From Bdellovibrionota bacterium (GTDB lineage Bacteria; Bdellovibrionota_C; UBA2361; OMII01), in contig JBIJBE010000014.1 in NCBI GenBank assembly GCA_044345405.1, forward strand, positions 1-64,000: 64,000 nucleotides of DNA. Direction: 5' to 3'. Below are positions 40,458 to 51,089 of the stretch, piece by piece; within the stretch, counting starts at the first letter, position 1; each line of letters starts with the position of its first letter. The notes under the pieces were generated by a model. The model was not told the origin of the DNA. It worked only from the letters and a program-made list of their open reading frames with translations, and did not search any database. Both the position numbers and the translations under genes were made by a program.

Positions 40458-41294
40458 CTACGACTTCAACGACCCCACCCCCTGCGTCCCCGCATACTGC
40501 CCCCGTTCGTTCATCGTCACACGAACGGCGGCCGTATCGGCATCATGCTGGAAGCAGAGCAACGCGTTTTCGGTTCGCGCTCTTTCAAGGAAGCTGTGCT
40601 TCTCCAGGAGCAGGGTCTCCGCGCACACGTCGTATCCCATGTGGTAGGCGAGGGGAACGTGGTGAGCTGTTGGTATAAGATCTGTCGCGAAGAAGAGTTT
40701 ATCGCTGCCGTCGGTGATCTCGATCCACTGCTGTCCCTTGGTGTGACCATCGACACGATGCACAACAAGGCCTGGCACGATCTCAGAGGTTCCCTCATAG
40801 AGCGATAGTTTCGCTTTCGCGAGCGGCTTAACATTCTCCGGAAGGTAGCTCGCCCGGTCTTTGAGTGTCGGATTGTTCGCGTGTTCCCAATTCGCTTTTT
40901 GCAGATGGATCGTCGCGTCGGGGAATGATAGCTCCACGCCGCCGTCTGGTGTGGGCGAGGTAATGCCTCCCGCGTGGTCGAAATGGAGGTGAGTGAGAAT
41001 AACATCGGTCACCGATTTCGGATCGAAGCCCCATGATTCCTTTGGGGTATTCTTGATGCCGTAGATCTGTCGTTGCTTGTCAGACCACTTCTCACCCATC
41101 CCAACATCGACGAGAAAGCGTCTCGTTCCGATGTCGATGAGAAGGGAGCGGCACGCGAGGCTGATGCAATTTTCGGTGTCTCCTGGGATGCTGCGAGACC
41201 ATAGATTCTTAGGGACGGACCCGAACATACAGCCACCATCCAATCGAAAGTGACCGAAGATAACCTCTGAGATGGTGAACGCGCCGATCTTCAT
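40458..41294 (-). CDS. MBL-fold metallo-hydrolase (YtnP-like)
   Basis: FRLDGGCMFG, THLHFDHAGG, GHT motifs. Confidence 0.9.
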   Translation of the reverse strand: MKIGAFTISEVIFGHFRLDGGCMFGSVPKNLWSRSIPGDTENCISLACRSLLIDIGTRRFLVDVGMGEKWSDKQRQIYGIKNTPKESWGFDPKSVTDVILTHLHFDHAGGITSPTPDGGVELSFPDATIHLQKANWEHANNPTLKDRASYLPENVKPLAKAKLSLYEGTSEIVPGLVVHRVDGHTKGQQWIEITDGSDKLFFATDLIPTAHHVPLAYHMGYDVCAETLLLEKHSFLERARTENALLCFQHDADTAAVRVTMNERGQYAGTQGVGSLKS

Positions 41295-41325
41295 GATGAA
41301 TCCCCTTAGGTAAGGATATACCCTT

Positions 41326-42108
41326 CTAGGCTTTGCGCCACGAAGGTTCTCGCTTCTGTGTGAATGCTGTCAGCCCCTCGGTCGCCTCCGATCCGAGGCT
41401 CAAGAGAGCGCTTCGATCGGCGAGCTCATGAAGGAAGGGAAGGTATTCCCGTTCGGTCACATCGAGAAGGGCCTGTTTCGAAGCCTGGAGGGCATGTGGT
41501 CCCTGCTTGATGAGTCTCTTGCACAGGGCGTCGGCCTCACTATCGAGCGATGCCTTCGCGTGGACGGCGGTCACGAGTCCGATCTCAAGCGCTCTCGCGG
41601 CGGAGATCCGCTCGCCCGTCATGATCATCTGGGTCAGCGCCTTCTTCTGTACGACGCGACTGAGCGGCGCCATCACCACCATCGCGGCTAGTCCAATTCC
41701 CACTTCGGGGAGGCCGAACACGGCGTCGTCCGAAGCCAGGGTAATGTCACACGCCGCGGCGAGCCCGCATCCACCGGCGAGCGCGAACCCATGCACACGA
41801 GCGACAACGGGCACCGGACAGAGGTTTATCTTTTCGATGAGGGAGGCGATGGAAGCGAAGAACGCTCTCCGAGCGGATGGCGCGGGATTGTTGACGAGCT
41901 CCGCGATGTCCGCTCCGGCGCAGAACGCCTCCGTCCCGGCGCCACTCAATACCACACATCGAGCGAGTGGGTTTGTTGCCACCCCATCAAATGCCTCAGT
42001 GAGGAGCTTGATGGCTAGGGAGCTCAGGCTATTTCGAGCCTCAGGTCGATTAATAGTAATTGAGACGATTCCCGCGGCTTCGGTGACGAGAACTGGAGCG
42101 GAGGTCAT
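41326..42108 (-). CDS. Enoyl-CoA hydratase/isomerase family protein
   Basis: NRPEARNSL, FCAGAD, ALAGG, FGLPEV. Confidence 0.92.
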   Translation of the reverse strand: MTSAPVLVTEAAGIVSITINRPEARNSLSSLAIKLLTEAFDGVATNPLARCVVLSGAGTEAFCAGADIAELVNNPAPSARRAFFASIASLIEKINLCPVPVVARVHGFALAGGCGLAAACDITLASDDAVFGLPEVGIGLAAMVVMAPLSRVVQKKALTQMIMTGERISAARALEIGLVTAVHAKASLDSEADALCKRLIKQGPHALQASKQALLDVTEREYLPFLHELADRSALLSLGSEATEGLTAFTQKREPSWRKA

Positions 42109-42112
42109 GTGA

Positions 42113-42886
42113 CTACCTCATAAGAGAGAAGAGCTTGAGCGTGTTCGATGTAGTTATCGCCGCAACCTCTTCAAGCGACAACCCTTTTATTTCCGCAAGA
42201 CGTTTCGCTGTTTGAGCCACAAAAGCTGGCTCACATCGCTTGCCTCGATGGGGCTCTGGAGCCAGGAACGGAGCGTCTGTCTCGATTAAGATCTGCTCAA
42301 GTGGAATAGCCTTGCAGATATCTCGCACCTCTTGGGCCTTCTTAAAGGTGAGAAGTCCGGGGAAGGAGACGTAGAACCCCATCTCCCATAAGCGGGCCGC
42401 GAACTCGGCATTCTCCGCGAAGCAATGAAAAACCCCGCCAACTTCCCCCGCGTTCCGCTCTTTAAGCAGAGCGAAGCTCTGTTCCCCTGCCTGACGCGAA
42501 TGGATGATGAGCGGCTTTTTGACCTTCTTCGCCAGTTCAATCTGCTGTTCGAAGCGCTCGTATTGTTTATCGACTGGCGCCCAATCACGATAAAAATCGA
42601 GTCCCGTCTCTCCGATCGCGACGACCTTAGGGTGTCGGGCGCGTTCTTCGAAAATACCGAGGTCTATCTCATGGGCCGCGTCATGGGGATGCACGCCGGC
42701 GCTCGCCCAGACAAAGGAATGCTCTTCGGCGAGCGCGATTGCGCGTCCAGATCCCTCAAGCCCCTTGCCGGTGCCGATGGTGAGCATTCGAGTAACCCCC
42801 GCGGCTCGTGCGCGCTCAATGACAGCGGCTCGATCCTCATCAAACTCTTTCGAGTCGAGGTGTGTGTGGGAGTCAGTGATATCCAT
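42113..42886 (-). CDS. tatD: TatD-family nuclease
   Basis: DSHTHL, GVHPH, IGETGLD, ETDAPFL. Confidence 0.95.
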   Translation of the reverse strand: MDITDSHTHLDSKEFDEDRAAVIERARAAGVTRMLTIGTGKGLEGSGRAIALAEEHSFVWASAGVHPHDAAHEIDLGIFEERARHPKVVAIGETGLDFYRDWAPVDKQYERFEQQIELAKKVKKPLIIHSRQAGEQSFALLKERNAGEVGGVFHCFAENAEFAARLWEMGFYVSFPGLLTFKKAQEVRDICKAIPLEQILIETDAPFLAPEPHRGKRCEPAFVAQTAKRLAEIKGLSLEEVAAITTSNTLKLFSLMR

Positions 42887-42891
42887 CGTGC

Positions 42892-43329
42892 TTAGCGAAC
42901 GCGCGCGCCAGAAACGATCGGCTTATCTGGGGTGAGAAGCGCGAGTGTCCCATCTCCGTCGGTCGACGCGGCGAGGAGCATGCCGTTGCTTTCTACGCCC
43001 ATCAGCTTGGCCGGTTTCAAATTAGCGACGATAACGATCTGTTTGCCGACAAGTTGCTCAGGCGTATAGTAAGGCGCGATGCCAGAAACGATCTGTCGCT
43101 TTCCGAGCTCACCAACATCAACCTGGATCTGATAGAGCTTCTTCGATTTAGGAACCAACTCAACGCTCACGATCGTCGCTGTACGAAGTTTCACTCGCGC
43201 GAAGAGGTCGATATCAATGAGGTCCTCAGTAGCTGGCGCCGCCACCGGGGCGCTCTGAGCTGGTGCCGCGTCAGTTGGTTGAGCCGCTGTTGTTGGTGTA
43301 GTTGGGAGTTTTTCTGATGAGTTTTCCAT
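42892..43329 (-). CDS. Stand-alone MetRS C-terminal tRNA-binding domain (beta subunit/Trbp111-like)
   Basis: RQIVSGI, ANLKPAKLMGVESNGMLLAA; own AGGAGA RBS. Confidence 0.88.
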   Translation of the reverse strand: MENSSEKLPTTPTTAAQPTDAAPAQSAPVAAPATEDLIDIDLFARVKLRTATIVSVELVPKSKKLYQIQVDVGELGKRQIVSGIAPYYTPEQLVGKQIVIVANLKPAKLMGVESNGMLLAASTDGDGTLALLTPDKPIVSGARVR

Positions 43330-43395
43330 ACGTTCTCCTAAGGCCCGACAGTGTCAGCCAAGCAGGTCTAAAAGTCCAGAGCGGGGTTTTAAACC

Positions 43396-43530
43396 CGTAA
43401 ACGTGCACGTGCACGTAAACGTGAACGTACCCGGTATTGCTAGTGGTACCTTTGCGGGGTTAGGTGCCTGCTATGCATCGTCCTCTTTCGGGCATGTTTA
43501 CGTTTACGAGCATGTGCACGTTCACGTACG
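43396..43530. repeat. Hexamer-built inverted repeat element
   Basis: Arms 43396-43433 and 43489-43530 made of GTAAAC/GTGCAC/GTGAAC units in opposite orientation. Confidence 0.85.
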
Positions 43531-43568
43531 AACCTCCACATGCACAACTTGGTAAGGGAGTATTTTGC

Positions 43569-44555
43569 TTACCGGCCATCAATAAGCAGATCGCCCAATG
43601 TCGGATGTTGGCGAGGGGTTATCTGATAGGTATGTGAGAGCGCTCTGTCGCAGCTCTGCAGGGTCTTGAAGAGGGTGAGCGTTGGGTTTACGTGTCTGTC
43701 GAGAATAAGGTATTCGGCATCGAGCGCGTTCTGAAGCGCGGTGCCCCATACCGCGGCCGCGCTCGAATCCGCGCTGGTCGCCAAGAGGCGTTGACGTATC
43801 GTGGTGCGAAGAAAGGTGAGTCGTTCCTTGATCTGATTTTTGTCAGCTCCCCACTCTTGAGCGGCTCGAGCGACTACCGCGTGGTCTCCAAGCCACGCTC
43901 TTTCCACAACAGCTCGAACATCCTCCCACATCTCTGATTGAGCCTGGAGTGAGTCGAGGGACGCGGCGGACCCGTCCGCGAGGAGGGTGAGTGCCTCAGA
44001 GATCTCATGGATGCCCCTAAGGTTAATGATCTCTTTAATCTCTTCCGTCGACAATCGATCGAAGAAGAACCGTTGGCACCGTGAGAGGATTGTCGCGGGG
44101 AGTCTGGATGGATTCGCGAGCACGAGGATGAAGTACGTATCTGGGCGAGGCTCCTCAAGGGATTTAAGGATAGTATTCGCTCCAACGATCGAGATCTCAT
44201 CCGCGTCATTCAGAATCGCGACTTTTTTGCCCCCCATGAAGGGCTTGAGGCTCATCTTCTCGAGCGCTTGTCGGATATCATCGACGGTCGCGCCCCGCTC
44301 ACCGCTAAACGTGAGGGTGATAAGATCGGGGTGAGTGTTGGACTCAAAGAGGGTGCAGGTTCGACAGGTGCCGCATCCACCTTGTGGAGCGCTCTCTTTT
44401 TGTTCGCACAGGAGCTGGCGCGCCACCTCGCGGGCGATCCGATTCTTGCCGATTCCGTGAAGTCCAGAAAATACCAACGCCGACGGGAGTCGATCGGAGC
44501 GAACGAGTTCAGCGAGCTCCTTTCTTTGCGTTGTGTGGCCGATGATGGATGTCAC
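43569..44555 (-). CDS. holB: DNA polymerase III delta-prime subunit
   Basis: Zn module CGTCRTC, HPDL, ILKSLEEP, TILSRCQ; follows tmk. Confidence 0.9.
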   Translation of the reverse strand: MTSIIGHTTQRKELAELVRSDRLPSALVFSGLHGIGKNRIAREVARQLLCEQKESAPQGGCGTCRTCTLFESNTHPDLITLTFSGERGATVDDIRQALEKMSLKPFMGGKKVAILNDADEISIVGANTILKSLEEPRPDTYFILVLANPSRLPATILSRCQRFFFDRLSTEEIKEIINLRGIHEISEALTLLADGSAASLDSLQAQSEMWEDVRAVVERAWLGDHAVVARAAQEWGADKNQIKERLTFLRTTIRQRLLATSADSSAAAVWGTALQNALDAEYLILDRHVNPTLTLFKTLQSCDRALSHTYQITPRQHPTLGDLLIDGR

Positions 44556-44605
44556 GTTGGTACTGTAGGATTAATTGTTCTCGGGAGGAAGAGTAAAGGG
44601 GGTGT

Positions 44606-45253
44606 TTAGAGACCGCACGCTCGAGCTGCCTCCTCGCAAAGCTCTTCGGGCGTTTTTCGGGCGTCGAGGACGAGGAATGGGACCGTGGACTCTTTGGCGC
44701 ACTCCAGAAATCCCTCTCGAATCCTCGTGTGAAAGGCAAGCTCCTCATCCTCGAATGAATCCTTGGCGCTGGAATTGCGGGAAGCTATCCGTTTAACGGC
44801 CTCCTCGGGGGCAAGGTCGAGCAGGATGACGAGGTTGGGAACCGTTCCCTGAATAGCGAGGTCGTTCGCTTGGTCCAGAAGGTTTCGATCGATTCCCCGA
44901 CCGTGTCCTTGGAACGTGATAGTGGAGTAGATAAATCGATCGGTGAGAACCCAAGCGCCTCGCGCGAGGCTGGGCCGGATGACTTTGTCGATGTGCTCGG
45001 CGCGGTCCGCGGCAAAGAGAAGGAGCTCTGCCCGCGAGGACTTCTTCTCTCCCTTCCAGTCTAGAAGAAGCTTTCGAATCTCCACCCCAAGTGGGGTTCC
45101 GCCCGGTTCCCGCGTGTCGCATACGGAATATCCCTTCGAGGCGAGCTTCGCTGAAACAAGCTTGTGAAGGGTCGATTTGCCACACCCATTTATCCCTTCG
45201 AAGGCGATGAATGCTGGAGATGTGGTGAGGGTGAAGTTTGAAGAGACGAGCAT
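44606..45253 (-). CDS. tmk: Thymidylate kinase
   Basis: FEGINGCGKST, TREPGG, TDRF motifs. Confidence 0.96.
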   Translation of the reverse strand: MLVSSNFTLTTSPAFIAFEGINGCGKSTLHKLVSAKLASKGYSVCDTREPGGTPLGVEIRKLLLDWKGEKKSSRAELLLFAADRAEHIDKVIRPSLARGAWVLTDRFIYSTITFQGHGRGIDRNLLDQANDLAIQGTVPNLVILLDLAPEEAVKRIASRNSSAKDSFEDEELAFHTRIREGFLECAKESTVPFLVLDARKTPEELCEEAARACGL

Positions 45254-45629
45254 ACGTGGAGAGAGTGGTACTTGAAGTGAGTAGGCATGTACAGAGAACT
45301 TTTAAATGATGCTCTGCCCGGGATAAAAATAGTGAATTCCTTGAGTGCGGAGGCGTCGACTGAGGGATTGAACGAAATGAGGGCGCTTCTCTGCGATTGT
45401 GCGGGCACCTTGAAGCGACCGGGCCGAATCTGTGCTTTTAGGTGGGACATGAACGACTTTAGTCTTGAATGAGCGGTCTTTTCGTTGGTCAATGAGGGGG
45501 GCGGAGGCGCTTGCTCCTTTAAGTGCTTGTAATTGCTTTGTAATTTTTCTTATTGCAGCAACGTACCGTTCTTGGAATAGTGCTCCACGTGGACGTTAGT
45601 CCGTTTGAACGTAAAATGTGGAGATTCGT

Positions 45630-46226
45630 ATGAAAAAGATGATTCTCGCCGCCCTTCTTGCAGTAGGCGGCGCTACAACAGCTTCAGCTGATCCGTTGAT
45701 GAAGTACACTTATGCTGACGTGTCGTACCAGTGGGCACACGTTGATGCTGAGGGCCTCAACGATTCCAATGGAGTTGATACCAAGCTTTCTTACAGCCCG
45801 CTTGAGAACCTTGCGGCTGAGTTCGGATACAACTACGCTAACTCAGGCTTCACTGGCCAAAGCGTAAACATCGACCAAAGCTTCTTCCGTTATGGTCTTG
45901 CTGGTTACTACTCATACTGCAACGGCATCGACCTTGTAGCACGAGTAGGTGCTTCGCACGTTAACATCGATTCTCAAGGAGATGCTGATGATGACGGCGT
46001 ATACACAGGACTCGCTGTTCGTCACCAGCTCACAGATACCGTTGAGGTTGATGCTGAGGCTCTCTACGACAACGTAAACAGCATCTACAACGTATCAGGC
46101 GGTCAGTGGACATACACTGGAACTGTTCTTAACACGTTGACTGAGGACCTCGCTCTCAAGCTTACAGCTGGGATCGATGCTGACACAGACATCTTCCTTA
46201 CCGGCGGTATTCGCTTGGCAATGTAA
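45630..46226 (+). CDS. Small outer-membrane beta-barrel protein
   Basis: Signal peptide MKKMILAALL..ASA; alternating aromatic strands; followed by a terminator. Confidence 0.8.
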   Translation: MKKMILAALLAVGGATTASADPLMKYTYADVSYQWAHVDAEGLNDSNGVDTKLSYSPLENLAAEFGYNYANSGFTGQSVNIDQSFFRYGLAGYYSYCNGIDLVARVGASHVNIDSQGDADDDGVYTGLAVRHQLTDTVEVDAEALYDNVNSIYNVSGGQWTYTGTVLNTLTEDLALKLTAGIDADTDIFLTGGIRLAM

Positions 46227-46247
46227 GTTGTAGCGTCAGGCTCAACG

Positions 46248-46279
46248 AAAAGGCGCTCCGCAAGGGGCGCCTTTTTTTT
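46248..46279 (+). terminator. Intrinsic terminator
   Basis: AAAAGGCGCTCC-GCAA-GGGGCGCC followed by T8. Confidence 0.9.
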
Positions 46280-46514
46280 GCGCACAGGTTCGAAAAATGG
46301 GGTATTTGGGGGGAAAAAGTGTTTCCCTGTCGCGAGTAAGGTGCTAATAAATCAATGTTTTTCACTGACTAAGGCGTCCTATGCCGTTTCGAGCGCGCAC
46401 AGCTGTTCCAGCGTGTCTCGTGTCATCCCCGGCTCTCAGGCCCCCTTTGTGCGCAGCAGAAAGTCACGTTATCAACGTGTTGTGGACCTTTCTCTCGGTA
46501 GTTGAGGAGTTCTA

Positions 46515-48842
46515 ATGGCTACAATTAAAACAAGTCTTCAAAATGAATCACGAGATCGATACCTCACCTACGCTCTGAGTGTTGTATCGGGTCGCGCTCT
46601 TCCCGACGTCCGTGATGGTTTGAAGCCGGTTCAGCGCCGTATCCTCTACGCGATGTTGCAGAACCTGAACCTCAAGCCATCCTCTAGTCACCGTAAGTCA
46701 GCCGCTGTCGTGGGAGAGGTGCTCGCTCGTTTCCATCCGCACGGAGATGTCGCGTGCTATGAAGCGATGGTCCGAATGGCGCAGGACTTCTCGCTGCGGT
46801 ATCCACTCGTCGATGGTCAAGGAAACTTCGGATCGCTCGATGGTGATAACGCGGCCGCGTATCGATATACCGAAGCGAAGCTTCGAGAGCTCGCGCTTGA
46901 GGTAATCGGGGAGATCAACGAGGAGACCGTCGCGTTCCGTGACAACTTCGACGCAACCGTTGTTGAACCGGTCGTTCTTCCAAGTCGTGTCCCGAATCTT
47001 CTTATTAACGGAGCGACCGGAATCGCGGTGGGAATGGCGACTAGTATTCCGCCCCACAATCTTAAAGACACGATCAAGGCGATCGTTGAGCTCGCGAAGG
47101 ACCCAGAGCTCACCACATCAAAACTTACCACCATCATAAAGGCTCCTGATTTTCCGACCGGGTGTAACATTCTCAACTCTCAGAAGGAGCTCGTTGAGAT
47201 GTATGAAACGGGGCGTGGCTCCGTTCGTATGCGCGGAGAGTGGGCGGTCGAAGAACAGGCTCGCGGTAAACAGGTGATCGTGGTGTCCTCGATTCCGTAC
47301 GCCGTTAACAAAGCGACCGTTGTTGAGCGAATCGCTGGTCTTATCGTTGATCGCAAAGTGCCGCAGCTTGTGGATGTTCGTGATGAGTCGACCGATGAAG
47401 TTCGGATCGTTCTTGAGCTCGCGAGTGGCGCTGATCCGGAGGTCGCGATGGCGTACCTCTTCAAGAATACCCCTCTGGAGTCGAACTTCGCGGTAAATCT
47501 TACCGCGTTGGTTCCTGCGGAAGGCGGATCGACGAGACCCGAGCTCCTCTCCCTTAAGGGGTGCTTGAGGCACTTCCTCGATTTCCGAATGGATGTGACT
47601 CAAAAACGACTTGAGTTCGAGCGCAGACAGCTTCTCGATCGTATCCACATCTTAGAGGGATTGGTAACGATCTACGACGCGCTCGATGAGGCGATTAAGA
47701 TCGTTCGCAAGAGCGATGGTCGTAGCGACGCCGCTGAGAAGTTGCGCGCGCGATTTAAGCTCTCTGAGGCGCAGTCCTTCGCGGTTGTTGATATGCGAAT
47801 CTATCAACTCTCCCGCACGAACATCGACGAGATTAAGAAAGAGCTCGCTGAGAAAGAAAAACGAGTTAAAGAGATTGAGAAACTCCTCAAGAGTAAAGCA
47901 GCGCTTCAAGGGCTCGTATGCTCTGAGCTTGAGGCGCTCGCCGAGAAATATGGCGATCGACGCAAGTCGAAGCTCATCAAGGATAACGTAGATATTGAGT
48001 TCGATGAGACCGCCTACGTTGTTCAAGAGGACGTGCATGCCATCATCACCGCTGATGGATGGGTGAAGCGCATTCGTCGTACCAACGATCTCAGCTCGAC
48101 TCGGCTGCGAGAGGGCGATGCGCTGTTGTCAGGGCATGCACTCACGACGCTCGATTCAGTGGCTCTTATTACAAGTCTGGGTACGCTCTTTGTGCTGAAG
48201 GTCTCGGACTTCCCAGCTTCGACCGGATATGGAACGCCGATTCAAAAGTTGCTGAAGTTTAAAGACGGAGAGCGAATTGTCAGCTCGTTCGGTATCCCAG
48301 CGAGTGCCGCGGCTCCAACGGTCTCGGCGAGTGGACAGGCTGAGTTGCCACTCGGTGGTGCCGCGACCGGCGCGTCGTCTCAAGACCGTCGACTTAAGGA
48401 TGGAGATACTTTGGTGCTTGTTGGCACAAAGGGTACTGGCTACGCGCTTACCCTCACTGAGCTTGGCGAGACAAAGCGAACGGGACGGCGAATTATGAAG
48501 CTTCGTGACGGAGAGTTCTTGTCGGCCGTCGCTCCGCTCAGCCCGATGATGGTGTTTATTACCCAAGATGGGTCAGGACTCGCGATCGCGCAGTCTGAGA
48601 TCCCGGTGCGTGACAGCGCCGCCGTTGGTGTTGCCCTCATGGGAGTGCGAGATGATGATAACCTCGTCGCGTGCTGTGGAGTCGCGTCGCCGAAGATGAA
48701 GGGAACGCTCCTCTTGAGCCTGAAGTCGGGCAAGACTAAGGATGTCCCCCTCTCTGAGGTTACGAAGGGGCATCGCGCCTTGAAGGGAACTAAGGTGTAC
48801 TCGCGTGACGAGATCGTCGGCGCGACCGTTGTTGATGGTTAA
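46515..48842 (+). CDS. parC: Type IIA topoisomerase A subunit, probably topoisomerase IV
   Basis: [21 protein letters not shown], catalytic YRYTE; no GyrA-box visible in the CTD. Confidence 0.85.
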   Translation: MATIKTSLQNESRDRYLTYALSVVSGRALPDVRDGLKPVQRRILYAMLQNLNLKPSSSHRKSAAVVGEVLARFHPHGDVACYEAMVRMAQDFSLRYPLVDGQGNFGSLDGDNAAAYRYTEAKLRELALEVIGEINEETVAFRDNFDATVVEPVVLPSRVPNLLINGATGIAVGMATSIPPHNLKDTIKAIVELAKDPELTTSKLTTIIKAPDFPTGCNILNSQKELVEMYETGRGSVRMRGEWAVEEQARGKQVIVVSSIPYAVNKATVVERIAGLIVDRKVPQLVDVRDESTDEVRIVLELASGADPEVAMAYLFKNTPLESNFAVNLTALVPAEGGSTRPELLSLKGCLRHFLDFRMDVTQKRLEFERRQLLDRIHILEGLVTIYDALDEAIKIVRKSDGRSDAAEKLRARFKLSEAQSFAVVDMRIYQLSRTNIDEIKKELAEKEKRVKEIEKLLKSKAALQGLVCSELEALAEKYGDRRKSKLIKDNVDIEFDETAYVVQEDVHAIITADGWVKRIRRTNDLSSTRLREGDALLSGHALTTLDSVALITSLGTLFVLKVSDFPASTGYGTPIQKLLKFKDGERIVSSFGIPASAAAPTVSASGQAELPLGGAATGASSQDRRLKDGDTLVLVGTKGTGYALTLTELGETKRTGRRIMKLRDGEFLSAVAPLSPMMVFITQDGSGLAIAQSEIPVRDSAAVGVALMGVRDDDNLVACCGVASPKMKGTLLLSLKSGKTKDVPLSEVTKGHRALKGTKVYSRDEIVGATVVDG

Positions 48843-48870
48843 GAGGGTTTGAGAAGGGGAGATCGTTACG

Positions 48871-50796
48871 ATGGCAAAGGGAAGTTACAGCGCAGCCGAT
48901 ATCGAGGTCCTTGAGGGGCTTGAGCCGGTCCGAAAGCGTCCGGGTATGTACATCGGAGGCACAGACGGACATCAGGGCCTCCATCACCTCGTGAAAGAGA
49001 TCCTGGATAACGCGGTGGATGAGGCGATGAACGGTCATGCCGATACCATCACCGTGACGCTTCACAAAGATGGTGAGAGCGTGACGATCGAGGATAACGG
49101 CCGTGGCATTCCGGTTGATATCCATCCGAAGTTTAAGAAGCCAGCGTTAGAGATCATCCTTACGACCCTTCACGCGGGTGGTAAGTTCAGCGACCACAAC
49201 TACGTAACCGCGGGAGGTCTTCATGGAGTGGGAGCTTCCGTTGTGAACGCGCTCTCGGAGAAGCTTGAGGCGATCGTGTGTCGCGATGGTTTTGAGTGGA
49301 AGCAGACCTTCTCGCGAGGAAAGACCGACGGGCCGATTAAGAAGCTTGGAGCTTCCCGCAAGAAGGGAACCAAGATCTTCTTCCGTCCTGACCCGGAGAT
49401 CTTCAAAACTATCGAGTTCTCCGCCTCTCGCGTTGAGAAGATTATCGAAGAGAAATCCTTCCTCTATAAGGGACTCAAGATCGTCTTCAAGAATCAAAAG
49501 GATGACACCGAGAAGACCTTCTTCTATCCAGATGGAATCAAATCGTTCCTGAAATCGACCCTTGAGAGTGAGAATCAGCCTCCGATTGGTGGTGAGTGCT
49601 TCGATCTCGATCGCGCGAACGGTATTAAGATCGAGGTGGCGTTCTGCTGGACGGAGGCCACCCAGGAGCGCATTCTTTCCTACGTCAACGGTATACACAC
49701 GAAAGGCGGCGGAACTCACGAGGATGGATTCAAGAGCGGTCTGGCGAAAGCGCTCCGTAACTACATCTCGGTACACAACCTCGCGAAGGGCGTAAAGCTC
49801 ACCGGTGAGGATATCCGAGAGGGGTTGGTCGCGATCTTGTCGGTCAGCGTGCCGGGAGCGGTGAGCCAACTTCAGTTCCAAGGTCAAACGAAGGATCGAT
49901 TGAATAATCCTGAGATCGAGAGCCCGGTCGACGCGCTCACGAGAACCTTTGAAAATATCCTTAACTCGAAGCCGAGTGTCGCCAACGCTCTCGTTGAGCG
50001 AATTACGCTCGCCGCGAAAGCTCGTGCCGCTGCGCGCTCCGCTTCGGCGAGTGTGAGCCGAAAGGTAGGTATAAGTCACCGCCTGAACCTTCCAGGTAAG
50101 TTGGCGGATTGCTCGTCTACGAAGCCAGATAACTCAGAGCTCTTTATTGTAGAGGGAGACTCCGCGGGTGGAAGCGCCAAGCAGGGGCGTGACAGGGCGA
50201 CCCAGGCCGTGTTGCCGCTTCGAGGAAAGATCCTCAACTCGGTGGCTACGAGCAATCAGAAGATCGCTGAGAATAAAGAGCTTGTGGACCTCGTGTCGGC
50301 CCTTGGCTGTGGTCAGGGTAAAGATATCCGTCTCGATAAGCTTCGTTACTCAAAGGTCATCATCCTTACCGATGCCGACGCCGATGGAATGCACATCTCG
50401 GCGCTCCTCATGGCCTTCTTCTTCCGATTCTTGAGGCCGCTCGTTCAGGCGGGCCACCTCTATATCGGTATCTCACCCCTCTATCGCTTGAAGTTTGGAA
50501 GCGGCTCTAAGGAGGAAGATGTCTGGGTGTACTCAGATGAGGAGAAGGAGAGGGTACTCAAGGAGCGTGGAAACCGTTCCAAGCTGCACATCACCCGATT
50601 CAAAGGTTTGGGAGAGATGAACCCAGATACCCTCTGGGAGACCACCCTCAACCCTCGCTCTCGAAAGTTGCTCCAGATCACCATCGACGAGGTGGCCGAG
50701 GTAGAAAGCATGCTCGAAAGTTTGATGGGTAAAGATTCTTCCGATCGCTACCGGATGATCCAAGAGAACGCCCATCGTATCGAAGTTGATGTGTAG
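48871..50796 (+). CDS. parE: Type IIA topoisomerase B subunit, probably topoisomerase IV
   Basis: RKRPGMYIG, EGDSAGG, PLRGK, DADADG, RFKGLGEM. Confidence 0.85.
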   Translation: MAKGSYSAADIEVLEGLEPVRKRPGMYIGGTDGHQGLHHLVKEILDNAVDEAMNGHADTITVTLHKDGESVTIEDNGRGIPVDIHPKFKKPALEIILTTLHAGGKFSDHNYVTAGGLHGVGASVVNALSEKLEAIVCRDGFEWKQTFSRGKTDGPIKKLGASRKKGTKIFFRPDPEIFKTIEFSASRVEKIIEEKSFLYKGLKIVFKNQKDDTEKTFFYPDGIKSFLKSTLESENQPPIGGECFDLDRANGIKIEVAFCWTEATQERILSYVNGIHTKGGGTHEDGFKSGLAKALRNYISVHNLAKGVKLTGEDIREGLVAILSVSVPGAVSQLQFQGQTKDRLNNPEIESPVDALTRTFENILNSKPSVANALVERITLAAKARAAARSASASVSRKVGISHRLNLPGKLADCSSTKPDNSELFIVEGDSAGGSAKQGRDRATQAVLPLRGKILNSVATSNQKIAENKELVDLVSALGCGQGKDIRLDKLRYSKVIILTDADADGMHISALLMAFFFRFLRPLVQAGHLYIGISPLYRLKFGSGSKEEDVWVYSDEEKERVLKERGNRSKLHITRFKGLGEMNPDTLWETTLNPRSRKLLQITIDEVAEVESMLESLMGKDSSDRYRMIQENAHRIEVDV

Positions 50797-51089
50797 GGGA
50801 TTTTAATGTTAGTAAATTCAGTGTGTTGCAAGTTTCTAGAGGGGTTTTTCCTTCAATGAGATCGGAGAACTTCTGAGGGGAGGCCTCGAGAACGACGTTC
50901 CGTTCATAAGGTCCTAACTTCTCTCCGTATTTACACGGTCCCTCTCTCTATACTATGAATCATGTGGTTTTAACGGATACTATGAAAGAAGAGCTGTACG
51001 CTAACGTTGCCTGCGCGTGTGATGTCTACAGTTCATCCGAGAAAGCTAAAGTTGTGTCAGGATGTGTGTTCTCGGTTAGTTAGGCCCAG

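Noticed and set aside
49147-50079. Long antisense ORFs (also 30064-30897, 53855-54502, 17354-18028)
   Set aside because: Shadows of well-supported genes on the other strand, with no motifs of their own.
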